The notes beneath the pieces were generated by a model, which saw only the letters and a program-made list of their open reading frames with translations, did no database searches and was not told where the DNA came from. The translations under genes and the position numbers were made by a program. Positions 58,867 through 64,000 of a stretch of DNA of 64,000 nt are shown here, one piece after another. Source of the stretch: an uncultured delta proteobacterium. Its GTDB lineage: Bacteria; Desulfobacterota; RBG-13-43-22. Within the stretch, counting starts at the first letter, position 1. The number at the start of each line of letters is the position of its first letter. The stretch is from assembly GCA_963790475.1 (NCBI GenBank), contig CAWBOS010000001.1, positions 192,529 to 256,528 of the forward strand. The letters are read 5' to 3'.

Positions 58867-60549
58867 TCACATCGGTATGATCAAAGGCAGTACTACCGGC
58901 CGGCGTTCAAGAGAATGATCAAAAAAACGCCTCAAGGTCTTGCGTATCTCTTCCTGGATCTCGGACCAGTCCTTTATACCCTCTTTTTGCCTGAGGTACA
59001 AGATCTCCAAGACCATTTCTTTAGCCTCCTGGATCAACTGAGGATACTCTTCTTCGGAGATAAATCCCCGGGAGATGATGTCCGGCCCGGAAAGAAGCTC
59101 GCCGGTCTGGTTGTTCAGCACTACCTGAACCACCACCAGCCCTTCATTGGAAAGGTGGCGCCGGTCTCTTAAAATAAGATTGCCCACATCGCCTACCCCT
59201 TTTCCATCCACGAAGACCCGGCCCACTTCCACTTGATCCACAATCCGGCCTCCCTCCTGATCAAAACGGATGACCTGGCCGTCTTCAGCCAGAATCAGAT
59301 TTTCTTTAGGGATGCCGATCTTATGAGCCAATTGGGCATGTTTGACCAGATGGCGGTATTCTCCATGGATGGGGATGAAATATTTCGGGCGGGTCAGATG
59401 AAGCATCAACTTCAATTCTTCCTGGTTGGCATGACCGGAAACATGGATCTCGGAAACTTTTTCATAAATAACTTCCGCTCCGAAGCGATACAGGTTATTG
59501 ATCAGACCGTCAATAGCTTTTTCGTTTCCGGGAATGAAGCGGGAGGAAAGGATGACCGTGTCCCCTTTTTTTATTTTAATCTGCTTATGGTCGTCCCGGG
59601 CGATCCGGGTCAAAGAGGACATGGGTTCGGCCTGGCTGCCGGTGGTGATCATGGTAACCTGGGAATCAGGCAGTTGGAGCATCTCTCCCAGTGACAGTTC
59701 CACCCCGGGGGGAATAGTTAACAGCCCTATTTCCTGGGCGATCCGGCAATTGGTAATCATGCTTTTTCCGTTAAAAGCAACCTTGCGCTGATAGCGGACG
59801 GCCGAATTCACCACTTGCTGGATTCGGTGGATGTTGGAGGCAAAGACGGCCACGATAACCCGGCCTTCGCAGTCACGCATGATCTGGTCCAGGGTCTCGC
59901 CGATCCGTTTTTCCGGCAGGGTATGTCCTTCCCGCTCGACATTGGTGGAATCCGACATCAGGGCCAACACCCCTTTGGCCCCGTAAGCGGCAAAGGTATT
60001 GATATCGGTGATCACGCCGTCCAAAGGGGTCTGGTCGATTTTGAAATCCCCGGAATGGATCAAGGTGCCCAGCGGGGTTTGGATAGCCAGGCCGAGACCG
60101 TCCGGGATGCTGTGGGTGACCCGGATGAATTCCAGTTGGAAAGGCCCGATGGTCAGGAATTCTTTGGGTGAGACCATCCGCAGATCGGATTGTCCCAGGA
60201 GGTGATGTTCTTTCAATTTTTCCTTGACCAGTTCCAGGGTAAACCGGGAGCCATAAACCGGGACCGATATCTCTTTGAGCAGGAAAGGTAAGGCCCCGAT
60301 ATGGTCTTCATGACCGTGGGTCAGGACAATGGCCCTGATCCGCTCTTGGTTCTTTAACAAATAGCTGAAATCCTGAATGACAATATCGATGCCCAGCATA
60401 TAGTCTTCCGGAAACATCAGGCCGGCATCGATGATCAGAATATTCTCCTCATATTCAATCAGGAGCATATTCAATCCAATCTCTCCCAAACCTCCGAGGG
60501 GGATGATCTCCAGGCCAGCCTTTGTTCGCACCGAGGTATCTTGGTCCAT
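58867..60549 (-). CDS. rnj: Ribonuclease J
   Basis: LGGLGEIG, THGHEDHIG, GDFKID, TGSQAEP, HVSGH, PIHGEYR. Confidence 0.95.
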   Translation of the reverse strand: MDQDTSVRTKAGLEIIPLGGLGEIGLNMLLIEYEENILIIDAGLMFPEDYMLGIDIVIQDFSYLLKNQERIRAIVLTHGHEDHIGALPFLLKEISVPVYGSRFTLELVKEKLKEHHLLGQSDLRMVSPKEFLTIGPFQLEFIRVTHSIPDGLGLAIQTPLGTLIHSGDFKIDQTPLDGVITDINTFAAYGAKGVLALMSDSTNVEREGHTLPEKRIGETLDQIMRDCEGRVIVAVFASNIHRIQQVVNSAVRYQRKVAFNGKSMITNCRIAQEIGLLTIPPGVELSLGEMLQLPDSQVTMITTGSQAEPMSSLTRIARDDHKQIKIKKGDTVILSSRFIPGNEKAIDGLINNLYRFGAEVIYEKVSEIHVSGHANQEELKLMLHLTRPKYFIPIHGEYRHLVKHAQLAHKIGIPKENLILAEDGQVIRFDQEGGRIVDQVEVGRVFVDGKGVGDVGNLILRDRRHLSNEGLVVVQVVLNNQTGELLSGPDIISRGFISEEEYPQLIQEAKEMVLEILYLRQKEGIKDWSEIQEEIRKTLRRFFDHSLERRPVVLPLIIPM

Positions 60550-60630
60550 TTATTCTCTGCCTTTTATCTCTCGAATCGAATATCGAATCCGAAAGAAATG
60601 CCAAAAGTCCGTCTCGAAAATCATTGCCGA

Positions 60631-61371
60631 TTATTTTTCATTCTGACTTGACTTCGGATTTTTTTTGGATAAATTCTCTTCAATCGCTTCCCTGACCTTT
60701 TTCATCAGAATCTCAGCATCCTTTTTCTGATAACCTTCGGTGGGGATCGGGTTTCCTAATACAATGGTTACGGTCCCCGGGGTTATCCGATATTCGCCTT
60801 TAGAGAGTACCCGGCCGCTTCCCTTTATGGCCACGGGAACAAGAGGTTTTTTTGATTTTAAGGCCAAAGTAAACCCCCCTTTTTTAAACTCTCCCAACTT
60901 GTCCGTTGCCTGCCGGGTCCCTTCCGGGAAAATGACTATTGAAGTCCCTTCATTAACCTTTTGGGCGGCCTCGATGAGGCTTTGATAAGCCTGCTTGGGA
61001 TTGGAACGATTGATGGAAATATAACCGGTTCGTTTCATGGCCCAGCCAAACAGGGGAATTTTAAAATAGCCTTCTTTGGCCAGCCAGCGAAATTGAATCG
61101 GCAGTTTGGCAAGAAGCACCGGAATATCAAAGGCACTCCGATGGTTGGCGGCAAAGATATAAGACTGGCCGGGAATGAGAACTTCCTGGTTGAAAATTGT
61201 GGTTCTAACCCCGCCGATAAACAAAGAAATCCTGGCCCAGAGGACAGCAACTCGATGCGAGTGGTTACCACTCGAATCAAATAAGGCGGTGAAAAGGGCC
61301 ACCAAACTGAACACCATGGTAAGGATAATATAGCAAGGCAAGAAGAATAGATTTCGAAAAGACATAACCAC
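60631..61371 (-). CDS. plsC: 1-acyl-sn-glycerol-3-phosphate acyltransferase
   Basis: NHRSAFD, FPEGTR, FKKG. Confidence 0.9.
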   Translation of the reverse strand: MVMSFRNLFFLPCYIILTMVFSLVALFTALFDSSGNHSHRVAVLWARISLFIGGVRTTIFNQEVLIPGQSYIFAANHRSAFDIPVLLAKLPIQFRWLAKEGYFKIPLFGWAMKRTGYISINRSNPKQAYQSLIEAAQKVNEGTSIVIFPEGTRQATDKLGEFKKGGFTLALKSKKPLVPVAIKGSGRVLSKGEYRITPGTVTIVLGNPIPTEGYQKKDAEILMKKVREAIEENLSKKNPKSSQNEK

Positions 61372-61457
61372 CTTTTAACCGGATCAAATATTTAAAATAA
61401 TAAACTAATGCAGTGAATTAGTCAATCGGCGAATCGTGTTTCGGTTGGTCTTCCCGA

Positions 61458-63165
61458 TCAGGTTATGGTTTGTTTAATGGACTGTATTCCCTTTTTCATG
61501 GCCCACCAACCGGTGAACAGGTGAAGGATGAGTACCCCTCCGAAAGAAGAGATCATCCACCAGCGATCCAAGGTTGAAAAGGGGATCGATCGAATTTCGG
61601 TCATCAGCAAACGATAGACCGGACCGGCTTCCAGGCCGATAGTCACTCCGATCAGGACCAGGGAAAAAATCATATAAAGAAATCCGCCAAAACCTGTGGG
61701 CATCTGTCCCAGGTTCTCCGAGCCGTATTGGGGATACATGGCCCCCAGGCCGATAGCCAGACCCACCAAACCGAAATCCAAACTGATCATGGTCAGGGAG
61801 GAGATCCATTGCATGCTGGATGAGACCTGCAATTGCCGGTTGGTAAAATAAATCAAAACCTCGGAAAGGATCATTAAGGGGATGAAGTAAAAGATAAACT
61901 TGTACCAGAGGAACTTTTTTAAAGAAATGGGAGAACTGCGGATCATCCAGAAGGCATAGCCTTCGGCACTGACCGCCGGAAAAACAAACCGCACCGCCAC
62001 TGAAGCCAGGACAAACCCGGCCAGCCCCAAATTCAGGAAGGCAATGAAATTTTTTAAGTAAAGGGTAGGCAAGGGAGACCTGTGAAGGGGCAGGACACTG
62101 AAATTATAGACATAGATTATGATCAGGACCATCAGGATGAAAAGCTGAGACCATTGGGTCTTGTCCCGGTAAAAGGTCTTCACATCCTTCAGAATCATCC
62201 CGGTCATCCCCGGAGAAAAGGGTAAGCACCTCCACAACCGGGTATCGAACCTGTTTTTAACCTGGCCTCCTTTGTAGGCCCCTTCCTGGGCCCGGGAATA
62301 GGAAGAAAAATAATACTGTTCGGCCAAGAGGAGATTCGTGTTAAATACCAACCAGGCACTGCTCCACAGCACCATTAAGGGCAACAAGCCCGAAAAGAAA
62401 TCTCCTTTCAGAAAAGACCAGAAGGCCTCTTTAGCCCAGGAACTGGGAAGATAGGGTGACTCCTGGGCGGTCAGGCCTCCCAAATATTCGACCAGAGTGG
62501 AAAGCTGATCGGGGTTGACCAATTGCTCCGGCCGCATAAGACGAAAGACCATAAACAACAGGGTGACCATCAGGATACTTAGGATCACCAGCAGATCACG
62601 GGTCCGGCGGACAGGCAAAAAGGCGGTCAACAACAGGGTGATCAAAATTCCCAGGCTTCCGGCCAGAAAGACGAAGGGGAGAAATATCAAAGGCAAACTT
62701 ATATAAAACCCGACCGGGGCCTGAAAAATAATCCCGTAACAGAGGAAGATCGGCAAGCCCATCAGGATGACCATCCAGGAGGCATCGAACAGGCTTTCCA
62801 GATATCGGGCGGAAAACAGGGTCAGCCTGGGGACCGGGGTTTCATGGATCAGGGAAAGGTCCTTGGAAAGAAAAAAGTTGGAAAGGGCGGTGATCAAATG
62901 GCTGTAAATCAGGATGGTAAAGAAAGTCAGCAGGATCATGGACAAAACCTTCCGGGACAATACTTCGCCGAAACCCGGGATCCCGTTAAAGTAACTAAGG
63001 ATACGGAAGAAGGCATAGAAAATCCCGGCCCAAAAGGCCAGGCCGATGGCGATAAAGAGCAGAAATTTCCAACGTGTCCCCGGTATTCTATTTGAGACGG
63101 TTTCTGAACCCCAGGATTCGGGGTTGAAGGAGAAGAAAAATTTCGTTTAAATTCTTATAAACCAT
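61458..63165 (-). CDS. Putative ABC transporter permease; apparent frameshift near 63090
   Basis: Multi-TM; KDVKTFYRD..QWSQL, SAEG.AFW..RSSP; the frame extends upstream of 62960 and joins ATG 63165 with one indel. Confidence 0.75.
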
Positions 63166-63267
63166 TATCTGAGAATTTATATATAAGATATTGTTATGGG
63201 TACGGATTACGGTCACGGTTAGTGAGTTTGGAAATTAAACCTGGTCTCTAAGGACCCGCAACCCGCA

Positions 63268-63418
63268 ACTCGCAAAAAGTCAGCGAAACCCGCATTAGTC
63301 ATTCCGGTCCCGCATCGAGTGCGGGAGAGACTGCCAGCCGGAATCCAGTGATTTTAAGTAGTTTTGATCTCCCGGACCCCGGCTTTGGCCGGGGCGACGA
63401 TTTATTGCGAGTCCATCA
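63268..63418 (-). repeat. Repeat family D copy (inverted)
   Basis: CTCGCAAAAAGTC...GTCATTCCGG...GACCCCGGCTTTGGCCGGGGCGAC...TTGCGAGTCCATC. Confidence 0.75.
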
Positions 63419-63464
63419 CTCGTAACCCGCAAAGACAATATTTCAAATATTTCTGATCAAAAGG

Positions 63465-64000
63465 TCAATCAAGAGACTCCTCATCCATATCTCCGGTCAG
63501 TTTCAAGAAAAGGGCTTCCAGTCCCTTGGCCTTCCAGTCCGCCTCTTTGGAAAAGACTCCAGGGAACCGAGGGCAATCAAGGCCCCTTTTTGGATGATTC
63601 CGATCCGCCCGCAAATCTCCTGGGCCGTGGACAGGGTGTGTGTTGAAAGGAAAATAGTCATTCCCCGGGCGCTTTCTTTCTGAAAAAGTCGTTTTACGAT
63701 CCGGACCCCTTTAGGGTCCAAGCCGACCATCGGTTCGTCAACGATCAAGCACCGGGGGTGGTGGATCAGGGCCGAGCAGATGATCAGTCGTTGTTTCATC
63801 CCGTGGGAGAGCTCTCTATCAATTCATTTCGCCAGTCCCAGAGATCAAACAAGTTCTAGCCGTTCCTCTATCTCGCGTGTCAATTGGTCTTGGGGCTGGA
63901 GCCCGTAAAGGCCCCCGACAAAATGAAGGAATTCCAAACCGGTGAGTTTGTCATACAAGTAGGGTCGGTCGGGGATGTAGCCGGTCAGGGCTTTGGCCCG
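63465..64000 (-). CDS. ABC transporter ATP-binding protein, C-terminal part, with apparent indels
   Basis: GYIPDRPYLYDKLTG.EF, SHGMKQR, VDEPMVGLDP, LSTH, LEALFLKLTG across shifting frames. Confidence 0.8.

Overview
This 64-kb window looks like an anaerobic Deltaproteobacteria/Desulfobacterota-type chromosome; that taxonomy is inferred from gene content. It holds CoA-ester/redox metabolism genes (3 crotonases, 2 nitronate-monooxygenase/FabK-like, AOR + Fe-S subunit, Fe-ADH) and a decayed accessory block at about 3-13 kb. It also has a tRNA-Arg(ACG)-anchored defence island (type I RM + ABC-ATPase/TOPRIM pair + TA module) and a housekeeping block (mlaEFD, lolA, ftsK, rnj, plsC). Features the ORF track misses: (1) Two unrelated IS110-family elements, each inserted at a CT core into a different intergenic repeat family. 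Each has a junction promoter that forms on circularisation and a structured non-coding region downstream of the recombinase whose internal loops match its own insertion site (candidate bridge/seek RNAs). One of these regions is unusually long (~430 nt) and multi-domain, and a possible 4-bp excision scar lies elsewhere in the window. (2) Two selenoprotein genes split at in-frame TGA codons with SECIS-like hairpins: a PrdB/GrdB-like protein with an atypical U-P-L-D motif, and a UGSC-family protein. (3) At least six families of dispersed MITE/REP-like repeats, some nested. All calls come from reading the sequence by eye; no searches were run.
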